A stretch of DNA of 64,000 nt from Peribolospora baueri (lineage: Eukaryota). Each line of letters starts with the position of its first letter. Position 1 is the first letter of the stretch. The stretch covers positions 1 to 64,000 of the forward strand of contig JAMDHS010000061.1 in NCBI GenBank assembly GCA_029717555.1, in the 5' to 3' direction. Positions 50,347 through 63,350 of this stretch are shown here, one piece after another. Made by a program: the position numbers and the translations under genes. The notes under the pieces are model-generated. The model was given only the letters and a program-made list of their open reading frames with translations. It was not told where the DNA came from and ran no database searches.

Positions 50347-51911
50347 ATGACGCTGGCGTCCCTTTCCCGAGCTCTCCTTCTCTCCCTTATCGGCGCCGGT
50401 ACCCTCCTCTCCCTCTGCCCCCTCTCCGTCTCCGCCGCACCCAACTTTTCCCCCGCACGCGCCAGACTCGGTCACGCCATCTCACCCGGGCAGCACGAGC
50501 AGCACGAGCACCAGGAGAGGGCGGCGCCGACGGTGTGCAACGGACACGCTGAGCTCTGCGATCGCTCCTTTGGCAACGGTGGGTCCCGCTTGGCACGCCG
50601 AATATTCTGGCTTGTATGCGCGTGAAATGGTGTGAGGTGGAGGGGAACGACATGGGATGGTGGCGGGCCGCTTGGGTGGGACAAAAAAAAGGACGCTGGA
50701 GTCGACACCGTTTAGAGTCGTTTTGGAAGACGAATGCTGACTTTTATCTCTCTGTTCAGTTACCTTTGTCGGCGCGCACGACTCCTACGCCGTCGGATCG
50801 CAGAGTGAGGATCAGACCTCCGCCTTCCGTGACGCTTTCGTGTCGCTCCGCGCGCGCCAAGCACCGTACTTCTGACGCTTGCCCTTCACCGCCTGCACCC
50901 TTCAGCCGGCGCAAACCAGAACGTCGACATCACGGTTCAGCTCAATGACGGCATCCGGATGCTTCAAGCGCAGGCCCACAACTCAACCGTCACCAGTGCT
51001 TCTCCTTCCGGCATCGAGCTCTGTCACACCTATTGCGCCCTCTTGGACGGTGGCAGCCTCGAGACTTACTTGGGCAAGGTCAAGGTGAGCGTTTTGGAAG
51101 GGGCCGTAGAGGCGAACCGGTTCTCATTCGCCTTCTTCCTCGACCGTCGCCATCGTCCCGTTCGCAACAGAATTGGCTCGACTCGAACCCGAACGAGGTC
51201 ATTTCCATCCTCTTCGTCAACTCGGACGATCTGCCCGTCTCCCGATGGCAGGCGGCTTTCCAGAGCTCGGGCATGGAGCAGTACGCATACGCGCCGGCGT
51301 CGGCCAGCCTCGCTAACACGGCTTGGCCGACACTGGGCGAGCTGATCAGCCAGAACAAGCGGGCCGTCGTGTTCATGGACAATGGCGCCAACTTTGACAC
51401 GGTGCCGTACATCATCGACGAGTTCACCAACATCTGGGAGACGCCCTATGATGTGACGGACGCGAGCTTCCCGTGCACGGTGAACCGCGTGAATGGGAGT
51501 CCAGATGGCAAAATGTACCTGATAAACCACTTCCTCGACACCAACATCACCATCCCTTTTGTCAACCAGCAGGTGCCCGTGCCCGACACGTCCAAAATCA
51601 ACACGACGAACGCAGCCAGCGGGCCAGGCAGCTTGGGCGATCAGGCGCTGCAGTGTGCCGCCCAACACGGCACATGGCCCAACTTTATGCTCGTTGACTT
51701 TTACGACGAGCCCTCCGACGGCGCCGTCTTCCAGGTCGGGGCGACAGCCAACGGCGTGACGTACACGCCCAAGCAGGTCGGCAACACCACCACCAGCTCG
51801 AGCTCGTCTGGGAGCAAGAACGCGGCCCCCGCTTCGTTCGCCGCTCGCTTGGACGCCAGGACGGTCACGGCCGTCGTCATTGCGCTCGTCGGAGGGGCGG
51901 TGGCACTGTGA
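50347..51911 (+). CDS. PI-PLC X-domain-like phosphodiesterase, secreted and probably GPI-anchored
   Basis: Signal peptide, then CNGHAELCDRSFGN, FVGAHDSYA, NQNVDITVQLNDGIRMLQAQAH, LCHTYCALLDGG, WLDSNPNEVI, YLINHFLD and PNFMLVDFY. It ends with an S/T linker and hydrophobic tail. Confidence 0.92.
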
Positions 51912-52790
51912 AGGACCGTCGAACCCGTACTTCAAAGTGCCGGACACTCCCTGATTTTTTTTCCCTTTTCGTTCTTACCCTTATCCTTTTGTTTTCTTCC
52001 CGTCAACCATCACCATCACCATCATCAGACAACATACTGTAGCGGACGTTCCTTGGCTTGTCTTTCCATCGGGTTCTCCCCTCGTTTCATTCATTCATTC
52101 ATTCATTCATCTTCATCCATCCGTCCATCCATTTGTCCGTCTCGTCAGAGCGTCGCTCCCCGCATCGCTCCGACACTACATCATCTCCCTCCCGTCCACT
52201 CGTCCGCCCCTTCGACGCCATTCACGCTTGGATCTCAACGCATGCTCTCCTCCGAACCCCAGTCTGCCAAGGGACTGCGGCCCGGTCGTCCCACCATCTC
52301 AAAGCTGTTCTTGCTTGTATCTAGCCTAGCCAGCCTGCCGCCAAAGAGGCTCCTTCCCTCTCCCCTCAAACCTCTTCACCCGCCGTGCTGACTCATACGT
52401 CTCTTGCTATCTCTACCTAGCTTTTTTTTTGTTTTCTTTGCTCCGTCCGTGCTGAAATGGACATGGACCTTGGACAGTCGAGCTCGGGCGCGTGACTGCC
52501 TGCTTTTCTCCGTCGTCTGTCAGAGTCTTGGGAGGTGATCGGGACCGACGGCCTTCTCTCGTCGTCCTATCTCAACCCTTTTCTTTGTCATACTCTCCTT
52601 TTCCTTTGCCTTTTCGTCGAGGTTCGCGTAATTGCCGCCGATCGCGTACGCGTAAAGTGAGCCGCAGTCGAGTCGAGTCCTTAAACGAGCATCATGATCT
52701 CGAATGGAAACATCGGCGGCCCACCTTCCGTTCTTCCCCTTGTCCATCTTCGATTTCCCTTCGCGGGTTAGCATTTCCAGCCAGATCCAG

Positions 52791-55700
52791 ATGTACGAGG
52801 AAGAGAATGAAGAGTGAGATTATTGGTTGCTTGTTTGCTCAATCGCTGTTTTCATTACGCCTGCTTTTCGGGCGTGCTCGTGTAGAGATCGGTTGAAGGG
52901 CTTGCTCACGCCCCGCCGTCGTCGTCCTCTCCTCCCTCCAGAGACTCGGTCCCGGCGACCGGTGAGCGACGACCCCCACCCTCCCTCCGTCCTCAGATGT
53001 GCACGAGCAGGAAGCGAAGATATGAGTAATTCATTTACCTTTTTTTTTGAACGGATATCCGACGCCACCTTTGTTCATCAGTACCGGAGGAAACGATTCG
53101 GATCATGCTCGCCACGGACAACCAGTGCGTTCGTTCTCTTCCTGTCTTCTCGCAAGCCGATCGGGCCCGACCTTGTCGGATGTGGACGCCAATCATGTGC
53201 TTGTGTGCCATCCTTCCCCATCCATCCTTGTTTGTTTCCATCCTTCTCTTCTCTGCCAGTATCGGCTACATGGAACGCGACCCCGTGCGCGGTCGCGATT
53301 CGATAGAGACGTTCAGAGAGATCTTGCAGTTGGCCCAGGACAACGACGTGAGTATGCGAATTTCGACTCGAGACCGCGCACACCCGCTTCGCTCAGGGAT
53401 CGTTTGTTTGCATCGTATGCGCTGGCTCGCTCCCACTCCGAAGAAGAAGGGATGGTGCTGCGTCACCACGGCCGTCTCATTTGGGAACGACGGACGGCTG
53501 ATCGTATTTCGTAATGGATTTCGTCTCACCCTTTCTCTTCCCGCAGGTCGACTTTATTCTCCTCGCCGGCGACCTGTTCCACGAGAACAAGCCATCCCGC
53601 GCTTGTTTGCACCAGACCATCGGCCTTTTGCGCGAGTACTGCCTCTCCGACAAGCCCGTTCAGGTGGAGTTGTTGAGCGATCCTGAGGACGGGCAGGCAG
53701 CTGGCTTCAGGTGAGGAAATTGCGCCGCCGATCGCTTGTCTACCGTCAACTGGGTGGATCCCTGGCTTCGGATCTGACAGACTTGCATACACTGCAGTTT
53801 TCCCGCCATCAACTACGAAGACCCAAACTTCAATGTCGGCATGCCCGTCTTTTCGATTCACGGTAACCACGACGACCCTCAAGGCGCGGGTGTGGAAGGC
53901 GCATTGTGCGCTTTGGACGTACTCTCCGTGGCCGGTTTGATGAACTATTTCGGAAAGGTTGATTTGCCCACCGACGACGACAAGGCGGTCGAGGCGTCCC
54001 GTCGAGCCGAAAAGGGGGGCCTAGCCGAAAACGGCATCCGTCTCCGCCCCGTGTTGCTGAGGAAAGGCGGGACTAAGCTGGCCATGTATGGGCTCGGCAA
54101 CGTCCGAGATGAAAGGCTGCATTTCGAGTTGAGGAGCAACCGGGTTAGGATGTACAGGCCGAGCGAGGAGCCAGATAGCTGGTTCAACATGCTGCTCCTC
54201 CATCAAAACAGGTGAGCCACGAAGCCCGTTGCACTTCACGTCAGCATGAAAAATGTGGCCGGGCGCATGCGCTCGAAGCTGATCCGGTGCAAGCACCCCT
54301 TAACGTTAGGGTGGAGCACAACCCAAAATCGAGTGTTCCCGAATCCCTCTTCGACGATTCGTTTGAGCTCGTCATCTGGGGTCACGAGCACGACTGCCGG
54401 ATCAACCCCGAACCTGTGCCCGGCAAGCGCTACTGCATCGTCCAGCCGGGGAGTAGCATCGCGACGAGCCTCACAAAAGGCGAGTCGCTAGACAAGTACG
54501 TTTTCGCGATCCCATTCGACGACTTGCAGATGGACGGTTGAGCTATGGTCGTCCTGAACGATGTCCTCCCTTCTCCTTTTTTCAGGCACGTCGCCCTCTT
54601 GTCCATTCGGGGCAAGGAATACAAAGTCGAGCCGATCCCTCTGCGCACGGTGCGACCGTTCGTCATGGACGAAGTCAAGCTTGCGGAGGTGGAAAAGGAA
54701 GAGGGCATCGAGCTCAAAGACAAAGCGCAAGTGCACAAGTATCTGAAACGAAGGGTGAGATGTCCCACGCCCTATATCTCATGACGAAGGGATGGGACGC
54801 CGAGCATCTCTTCTTTATTTGCCTCCAGGTGAACGAGCTCGTTGACGAGGCCAATCAAAGGTGGCTCGAAAAGAACCCTGATGAAGAACAACCGACCATG
54901 TTGCCATTAGTACGGCTGAGGGTGAGTAGAAGACCTTCCTAGCCTCTTGTCCGGACTGCGCGCTCAAGCGAAGGCATGATGATGATCGTTTTCCACACTC
55001 CCACCCCGCTCCGGATGTGTGGTCAGGTTGAATACACCACGCAAGAGATCACTAACCCGGTCCGCTTCGGACAAGAGTTCGTCGACAAGGTCGCCAACCC
55101 AAGCGACATCCTCCAATTTTCTCGCAAGAAGCAGGCCCCTCAGAAGAGGAATAAGAACGACATCGTGGACGTGATCGACGAGGACCTCATCCCTGCCGAG
55201 ATGCTCGAAAAGGTGCGCGTGGGCACGCTTGTTAAGGAGTATCTGCAGGCTCAGCAGCTGGAAGTCTTGTATGAGGACGGGATGGAGAGGGCGGTGACGA
55301 ACTTTGTGGAGAAGGACGATAGCAAGGCGATCACAGAGTGAGTGGGCGCGATCGGTTCCACGCCGTCGTCTCTCGGTGGACGAGGCGGGTTTTGCTGACA
55401 CTGGCCGGTTCGTTGACCGCTCGTTTGAACGTTGAACGTCCAGCTTTGTCAACAGCGCGCTCAAGGGCATGCAAAAGTCTTTTGGTGGCAGCGTCGACGT
55501 CACAGAGGACTCGATTCGCAACAATGTGAGCGCCGTTAGACCTGGCTTACCTCGTCATGGTGGAGCGCTTGTTGACGATCGGTGGCTCTTCGCGCGTCGC
55601 GTTGGACTGGATGGACAGCTTGCGAAATACAAGCAAGAGTACGGGGAACGGATGGGCAAGAAGATGCAGGTCGACGTGCCCGCCGACAAGGGGGCCGATG

Positions 55701-56358
55701 CGGATGCCGACGTAAGTATCATACGCCCCTGCGGGTGCTCGGGGCAGCAACAAGTAGGGAAGCATGCTTGCCCGACTGGTAGAAATCAGAAGGGCATGTC
55801 ATTTAGGACCGATGTTGACCTAGGTCCAGTCGTCAAGCTTGTCAGAGGACACTGATTCAAGGATGACCCCGCGTTTAGTTGTTCCTGAGCCAGGGCGAGG
55901 AGGAGGAGGATGACGAGGTGCAGATTGTTGAGAAGCCGAATAGATCTCGTACGGCGGCGCTCAGGTACGTCTCTCGATTTCTTGCAAGGCAACAACGGGT
56001 GTGGGTCTAACAATCCGTCCAATCCGTCCAACTTCTATTCAGCTCCGGCACGACAACACGAAAGAAAGCCCCTGCAAGAGCAACGACGAAGGCGAGAGTG
56101 GAGACGCGAAAAGCGACGCTCGACTTCCGGCCGTCCCAACAAGCCAGTTCGAGCAGTTCGACGAGAGGCGCGTCCACAAGGGGCGCTTCCACAAGACCAG
56201 CGGCTAACAAGGCCTCAAGACGGATACACGAAGAAGAGGAGGACGAGTTGGACGAAGCTCCTTTGTTCTTCGATGACGACGATGACATTGACGACGACGA
56301 TTTCGAACCCGAGGTGGTTCCGCCGAGGAAGAGTACGACAACGAGGTCGAGGCGGTGA
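52791..56358 (+). CDS. MRE11: Double-strand break repair nuclease Mre11 (start codon uncertain)
   Basis: [105 protein letters not shown]. Confidence 0.97.
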
Positions 56359-56804
56359 AAGGAAGCCGTGGCGAGGGTTGGCCGAGTCCTCGCGTATCCT
56401 GGCCATGTGTCCCGCGATTGGAGTCCTGGTTCTCCAGCGGCAGGACGGCATCTCGTACTGAAATTGTACTCAGAGGCAATGTACTTGTACAGCCTGTAGT
56501 GCGTGGGGCCGTTGGCGAAGTGGACGTTACCAGAAGAAGATAGGGGAGCTCTTCGCTTATACGGGCGCGTCCCTACCCAATGTCCGAGGCCGTTAACCAC
56601 TGCAATGTCGCTCTTTCAGTTTAGCAGCATTCACCCGTCCAAGGTCAAACCGAGCAGTAAACCCGACAAACGGCTCGCTGACCGCCTGCGGACGGTTTTT
56701 CCCTTGGCCCGCTGCCAGGCCCCTCCCTTTCATTCCAACCGCGGCCGTGTCCACCGATAGAGACGTTAGTTCCTCCTCGGCGCCATCTACTACGGCTAGG
56801 GCCG

Positions 56805-57018
56805 CCCACGACCCGAAAGTGCACTATAGTGTCGAAGTTGGGCAAGTTCATTGAGGCCAGCGCCACTCGCACGGCCAACCTCGAGGTAAAGTTCGATTCC
56901 TTCGTATCGACGGTGTCAGGGTACAATCGAGCTTTACCTCGAGGTTGGCCGTGCGAGTGGCGCTGCCCTCCATGAACTTGCCCAACTTCGATACTATAGT
57001 GCACTTTGGGGTCGTGGG
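56805..57018. repeat. Long inverted repeat / foldback element (94-bp arms, 26-nt spacer)
   Basis: 56805-56898 is the reverse complement of 56925-57018 with 5 mismatches. Confidence 0.95.
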
Positions 57019-57261
57019 AGAGAGGGAGAGGAGGTCACGGAAGCGGCGCAGGGGAAAAAGTACGGAAACATCACGTAACCATTCATTGGGCGAGAAGAGC
57101 CGGCTTGTTCAAGCAGTGCGGAAGTAGGCATGGCCCGTGCGCATCATGATGAAGGCAAGGATCGTGTGGGCAGTTTCCGAGTGAGCCGACGGGTTGTGAT
57201 GTTATGGGAAGACGAGAAAAGGTACGAAGAGCAAATATGACAGACCAAAAGGTAGTTCCTA

Positions 57262-59220
57262 TCACCTGCCTCTCCCCGTTCCCCTGGTACCCCTCCCCCT
57301 TCCGCCACCTCTCCCCCGCCCACGTCTGCCCGCCGTCTCCCGCGTTTCCCTCTCAATCCGTTCCCTCTCAACCCGTTCCCTCTCCGCCCGCTCAGCCCAC
57401 TCGACTTTCTCGACATCCCTCTCCCAAGCCGTCCTCATCCTTCCCAGCAGCTTCACCATCTCCTTTCTGTCCGACAAGGCCGTCCTCCTCGCCGGCGCGC
57501 CGGCCGGGTCACCCGCTGCCGCGGTGGCAGAACCGACGGGCAAGCGCCTACTCCCGTACATGGGCATCAATCTAGACCTACCACATTCTACGCTATCCCA
57601 CACCTCGTACGCGTCGAGCATCTCCTGAGCGATCTCTACAACCATGCTGAAATCGATGTTGAGGCCGGCGAGGTAGGTGATCGCGTCTGGAGGAAATGTG
57701 GGGGCGTCGAGCGGCGGCGGCGGCGGCGCGGCCTGTTGGGATTGAGATTGAGATTGAGGTTGAGATTGAGGTTGAGATGGAGATTGGGATTGGGGGGTGG
57801 AGGTCCGCATCAGGTTTGGCCGGGTGGAAGGATGGAAGGCTGAGGTGGGGGAGACGGGGAGACGGGCGGAGGTGGGAGAGATGGGCACACGACCGGGTGA
57901 GGGCTTCGATGCTGATGACGGCGTCTGAGGGCTTTGAGTTTGACGAGCTGAGACCGGCGCCGGAACGTGCGCTTGTGCCGCTGCGGATGCCGCCAAAGTT
58001 GCGTCGCGTTCGTCCTCCAGCTTCTTCCTTGTCCTGCGGTCCCTTTCCTTTTCCATCTCCCTGTTGATGTACTCCGAGTTCTGTTGAGAGGACACGTCGG
58101 CGTCAACGCGGGCGCGGGCGTCTGGATGGAAGACGAGGGTGAGGTAGATGGCGGTGATGGCGATGAGGTGGGGTGGGTAGAGGAGCGGGATGTCCGTACG
58201 ATACATATCGTTGATCAGGAACCTGGGATGGACGGCATCAGTGCCAGTTAAGGAATTAAACCGAGAATTAGGTCTCATCGGAAAGAGAAGGAAACGCCAT
58301 TCAAAAACTCACCAAGCCATCCTCAAGCTTCCCTCGTCCATATCCAGCCCGCCCTCGCCTGTCCATCCAACGCCAGCACCCCTCTCCGCTCCCGCCGCCA
58401 CGGGTCCCGCAGGCCCACCCGCCATGCTACCGTCACTACCTTGCGGCTCTCTGCCGCAGATGGCGACGAGGGAGCGGTAGGGATGATAGACGATGAGGTC
58501 GAACTCGAGCTCCTCAAGGAGGTAAAACTCCATCTCTGCCAGGGCCGAATTGTCCGTGGGGAAAGTGGGGTGGTCGTACTCTGGATCGAAAGTTAGGAAG
58601 TGAGCGCAAGGCCGGCTATGAAGCGATCAGACAACGTAGGTCGTTGTGGTTCTGCGCACTCACCGGCCACAAAAATATTTCTAGCTTCCGAAAGCACCGA
58701 TTTGACGTGCACGGGCGTCTCCTCTACCTTGGCCGCCACGTAGACACAGGCGGCAATGACAAGGCACGGATCCGAGGAGGAGTAGGCGTTTTTCGCGTAA
58801 AACCTGCGGAGAAAGACGGTGGCCGTCGCGGAGACCTGTTGACGGAGGAGGAGACGCTTGCAAAGGTGGGTTATAGCTGGGGCCCGAGAGGAGAGGAAGG
58901 GCCAAGCGAGTTGATAGGCGTTCAGGCAAATACACATCAAAGCGGGCAAGTTGGATGAGGAATTCTAGCTGGACTTACCGTTGACACACCATATCCCGAT
59001 GCTTGCCACATCGTCCTCGCTCGCGTACTTGAGGTCATCCCTTCGCGCTCTTCGCAACGTTGCCCTGTCCAGGAGCCAATGGTTGCTGAAGTCGGGGGAG
59101 TCAAGACGAATGACGATAAAAGGAGGTTGAGCGAGAAGGACAAGCGAGGGGGGTGGGACCGATGGAGACAAGGGATACAGATGCTCACCATTGAGTAGAG
59201 AGCCAGTAATTACCGGCCAT
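57262..59220 (-). CDS. SSN8: Cyclin C, Mediator kinase module subunit
   Basis: MAGNYWLSTQ, KRLLLRQQVSATATVFLRRFY, ACVYVAAKVEETPVHVK, AEMEFYLLEELEFDLIVYHPYRSL, INDMYRTDIPLLYPPHLIAITAIYL. Confidence 0.93.
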
Positions 59221-60032
59221 GATGGACGAGAGCTATCGAGGCGACCTGGCACCACCGGCCAGGCAGCCAGCGGGCGGGTCGTGGACGGCAGTGCGTCGCG
59301 ACGTTGCTCCAAAGTGGTCTGGAAGAAGAAGCTGACAAGCCGGGATGGCTACGCAGTGTCTGCCCACTTGTACATCGCTCCGTCTACCTCTCTCTACCAG
59401 GTGCTCGCCTTTGTGCCGGACGACCATGATAACGGCGACTAATAACAGATCTTCCAGCGGCCGACGTCGACTGCGGCAACGGATGGACGGCGTTGGTGTC
59501 GTCCGGGCCGGCTTCAACAACTTTATTATTAATTATTATACTTGCTTCAGGAGCACTTGCTAATATTACTCCAATTCAAGGCTGCCCGTCAAGGGGCCGC
59601 CGTCGTGCGCAGCTGCTCGCCGCCATCTTCATCTTCTCCTCCTCCTTCCCTTCGTCTTCGCAGCAACGCTTCCTCAGCTTGCGACGACCTTTCTCCCTAT
59701 CGATTGGCCTGCAGGTGTCTCGTCTCCCGACTTGGACGTCACTCCCCCCTCGGCCGAGCCTTGAGCCGTCGACCGGCCCAGCGACTTGGAGCGCTGTCAC
59801 ACACACTCCTTTTTCCGTCTTTTCCCAACTCGTTGTCCGCTCCCTTCTCTGCCCTTTCGACTTTCGAATCTCCTCTCTTCCTTCGTCCGGACCCGTGCAC
59901 TTGCGCGGCCGGTTCCGTCGTCGATCTTTCCCTTTTTGGTCCTATCCTTTCCGACTCTTGGCTCGTGAGTCCTGATTATTTCCTACGAGACGGTGACGAC
60001 GACGGATCGTCTCCCTCAGATTGTCGACTGCT

Positions 60033-63000
60033 ATGGAGGCAGGGACCTCATCATCATCAAGCGCTCAGCCTGAGCAGCAATCTCTCCAGGCGCTCACCCT
60101 GCCTTCGGCCCAGCGTTCGCCCACACATATCACCTTTGGCGAACGCGAGCGCTCCCAACCCCCACCGGCCAGTTCGGCTTCGCCCTCCCAAAGATTCTCT
60201 CTCGGCGACATTGCTCCTCCGGGGTCGCCTTTGCCCAGCGCCGACAGAGGCAGTCTGCGAGATACGCTCGACTTTTACAACCAGAGCATAAAGGCAGATG
60301 ATCCACGCGCGCGCCCGAGATCCAGGAACAGCATTCATCTTCAGCCGGGTGGAAGGAGGGATTCGAGCAGCGTCGAGCGAGAAGGGGATGCGTCGGACAC
60401 CTCGCAAGGCGATGCCGCCGTCATCGGCCCGTCTTATCGCTCACGTCGAGGCTCCGCTTCTTCGGTTGGATGCAACGCAGACGATGCGGACGACCACGAA
60501 CATGGAGCCCTCGCACCGCCTTTCTCGCCGACAATTCGCACTCATTCTGCCGCCATATTGCCCCACCATTCTTTCTTTTCCCCGCGTAAGCCGGCTGTCC
60601 TCAGGCAAGCCAGCATAAGCGGTGGAGCAGGACGGGCGCAGGGTTCCGGTCCACAGCCGTCTTGGAGTCCGCACAGCACCTCTCAGCCGTCGTTGACGTC
60701 TCCTGTTTCTCCTCATGATCCCACCGGTCGGGAACCCCCACGGCAGCAGCAGCATGCACAGGCCACCAACAGTTCCCCGACGCATGACAGATCATTCTCC
60801 ATTCCCCGCTCTCACCCTCACTCGGACCCTCGCTTCGAAGGCCCCCCAGTCTCTAGGCCAGCCCCTCTGTCCACCGTTGACAACAGCAGGACGAGCCCGA
60901 CTTCACCGACAGACAAGAGGAGGACGTTCTTAGACCCCAGGACGACGTCTCCTCGAGCTTCGGTCTCCGCCTCCCTTCACGAAGACCCGCTTTCATCGTC
61001 CGACCAAGCCGCTCAGCGGCAGCAGCAACCATTGATGTCTGCCGTCTTGCCGGGACAGCCGACAGCTCAACAGCAAAAGAAGCTGGACCCCACTCAGGCA
61101 GCTCGCCCTTGGGATGAAGCGGCAGCGACGGCCGAGTCTTCTTCCCCTTTCGCCGGTGGCCAATCCACGCCTTCACCTACCTCTGGCAGCTTCCCCACAG
61201 GCTGGCACCCTGACGGACGCGGCTCGTTGGACACGTCCGGTGATGCCTCCGCTACCTATTCTACCGAGATGGCCGGGCTCAATGCCGGTACGCTTGGACT
61301 GGCCTCCACGCCGGCGTCATTAGGACATCTGGTGGGAGCCGACAATGAGACTGCGGCCGGTAGTACGAGCGCTCTGGGCCACAGCAGCGCGAGGGCTAGC
61401 ACCGAGTTGGGTGAGGGGGCGGGATCGAGTGCGGCGAAGAAGGACGGAAGAGATTGTGGGGAGTTGGGAAGTAGGGCAAATGAAGGAGCGGCGGCTTCTT
61501 TGCATGGGCAGCAGAGTCGGGAGCCCTTGTTGAGTGGAAGCCGGTTCGGCGGTGCTACTACAGGCAGTGCAGATGGAAGGAGGTCGGGTGTCAATGACGA
61601 GGGCGATCTGTCGCCCTTCGCCGATCACGCGTCCCCATACGACTACGACCGGTCGTCGGCATCTTCTGCACGACGAGCACCCATCCATCTCGACGATCAG
61701 AAGGTGGTTGCTCCTGCTCCGTCTGGCTCCTCGCGTTCGCTTGCGGTCTCCCAGCCAAGCAACGGTCCCTCTGGGCGTCACGGTTCCCGTCTCGCTCCTC
61801 AAGACCCCATGTCACCGCGCCAGCCTTCACAGTTCTCCTCTGCGGGAACTTCCAGTGCGACCCCCCGACGCACCCGAAGCACGAAAGCGAGGCGTCTCCG
61901 AAACCACGCGCTGCTACAACATGCGGGCAACCGCTTCTTCCTCAACGGCCTCATCATGACCTCATCCGACTCGCCCCTTCCTTTCCTGGGAAGCCTTGCG
62001 CTCGTGCTGATTTTGCCAGGCCTCTTCTTCGGCTTCACTGCCCCTTTCGTCTGGAGACACATCAGCCCGGCTGCGGTGGTGGTGTTCGCGTACGTGTGCG
62101 CCGTTACGTGGAGCAGCATGCTCATCACGGCCTGGAGGGACCCTGGCGTGCTTCCGAGGAATTTGGATCCTGACCCCCCCACCTCTACCGGTAATGGGGC
62201 GGATGACGATCCACTAGCTGTTCCTCTCCCGAGGATAATGAGGGTCAAGGACGTAGACGTCAAGGTCAAGTGGTGTGAGACTTGTGGCACTTTTAGGGCG
62301 CCTCGGAGCAGTCATTGTAGACTTTGTGATAACTGCGTCGGTGAGTTATAGCTGGTAACAGTTAGGAATAGCTCAACTGGGGACCGGCGGAGGCGCCTTG
62401 GGATTTAGCACCGAGTCAACCCGCTCACTCGGGTCGCTACTGGCTGCTTCATTCTTTCGCGATGTTTCCCTCACGCTTCTTTGATATGCTGCGCCGCAGA
62501 GAACATCGGTAGGTACCTGCGGCTGGGTAACGGCTCCCTCCTTACGAGCTGCGCCTCGTTCTACGTGCTCATGGGCTTTCTTCGATCATATCCACCTCAG
62601 ACCACCATTGCACCTTCCTCAACACCTGCATTGGCCGGCGCAACTATCACTCCTTCATCGCGTTCCTCCTTGCGTCCCTTGTAGCCATATGGCTCTGCAT
62701 TGCCCTCTGCATCCTGCATCTTTACTATTTGACCAGACCTCCCACAGAAAAGCTCCCAGGCGGAGGCTTCGGCAGCGGGTACGATTTCAGAGAGGCACTG
62801 AAGCACGGGCCTATCAGCGCTGTGCTCGTCGTTCTTTGCGCCATCACCATGTGTCCGATGTTGGCCCTGTCCGGGTACCACCTCCGTCTCATTTGGCTTA
62901 ACCGGACGACCGTCGAGCAGGTAAGAGAGCGAGCGAAGCGAGCCTCATCCGCTTTTCGTTCAGCGTCATCGTTGAGGCAAGCCCCTGACGAATTTGCTCC

Positions 63001-63350
63001 TCCTTGAACGCATCTCGACCGACTTCCTCCAGCTCCGACTCAACGCGTCTCATTCGCTCTCAGAAAAGCACCTTCCCAACGCGCAGCGCAACCCGTTCGC
63101 TCTCCCCAATCCCTTTCGCAACATTCTCTGGTCGCTTTGCCGGCCCGTGTCGTATAGCTGGATCGAGAGAACGCAGTGGGCTACGGAAGACGACAGGAGG
63201 GAGAATCCGGGCTGGGGGGAGATGGTAAAGGCAGATGGGTGGGAGGAGGAGAGGGAGAGGGAGAGGGAGGAGCTGGAAACGCTTGAGCGGAAGAAAAGAT
63301 TAGAGGAAGAGGGGGGAAATGGCGCTGTCGATCCTGGCCTAGCTGCATAG
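60033..63350 (+). CDS. ERF2: DHHC palmitoyltransferase, Erf2-like, with a long disordered N-terminus
   Basis: GNRFFLNGLIMTS, AWRDPGVLPRNL, KWCETCGTFRAPRSSHCRLCDNCV|ENI|DHHCTFLNTCIGRRNY, YHLRLIWLNRTTVEQ, RNPF. Confidence 0.92.

Noticed and set aside
51066..51947. 293-aa ORF on the minus strand
   Set aside because: It is antisense to the PLC-like gene and explained by codon bias.
53083..57018. Functional link between the hairpin-processing nuclease MRE11 and the adjacent DNA hairpin
   Set aside because: There is no evidence beyond proximity, so it is most likely coincidence.
56645..57127. Two short ORFs with near-identical peptides (AVRVAL.SMNLPNFDTIVHF) on opposite strands
   Set aside because: They are a consequence of the inverted repeat, not genes.
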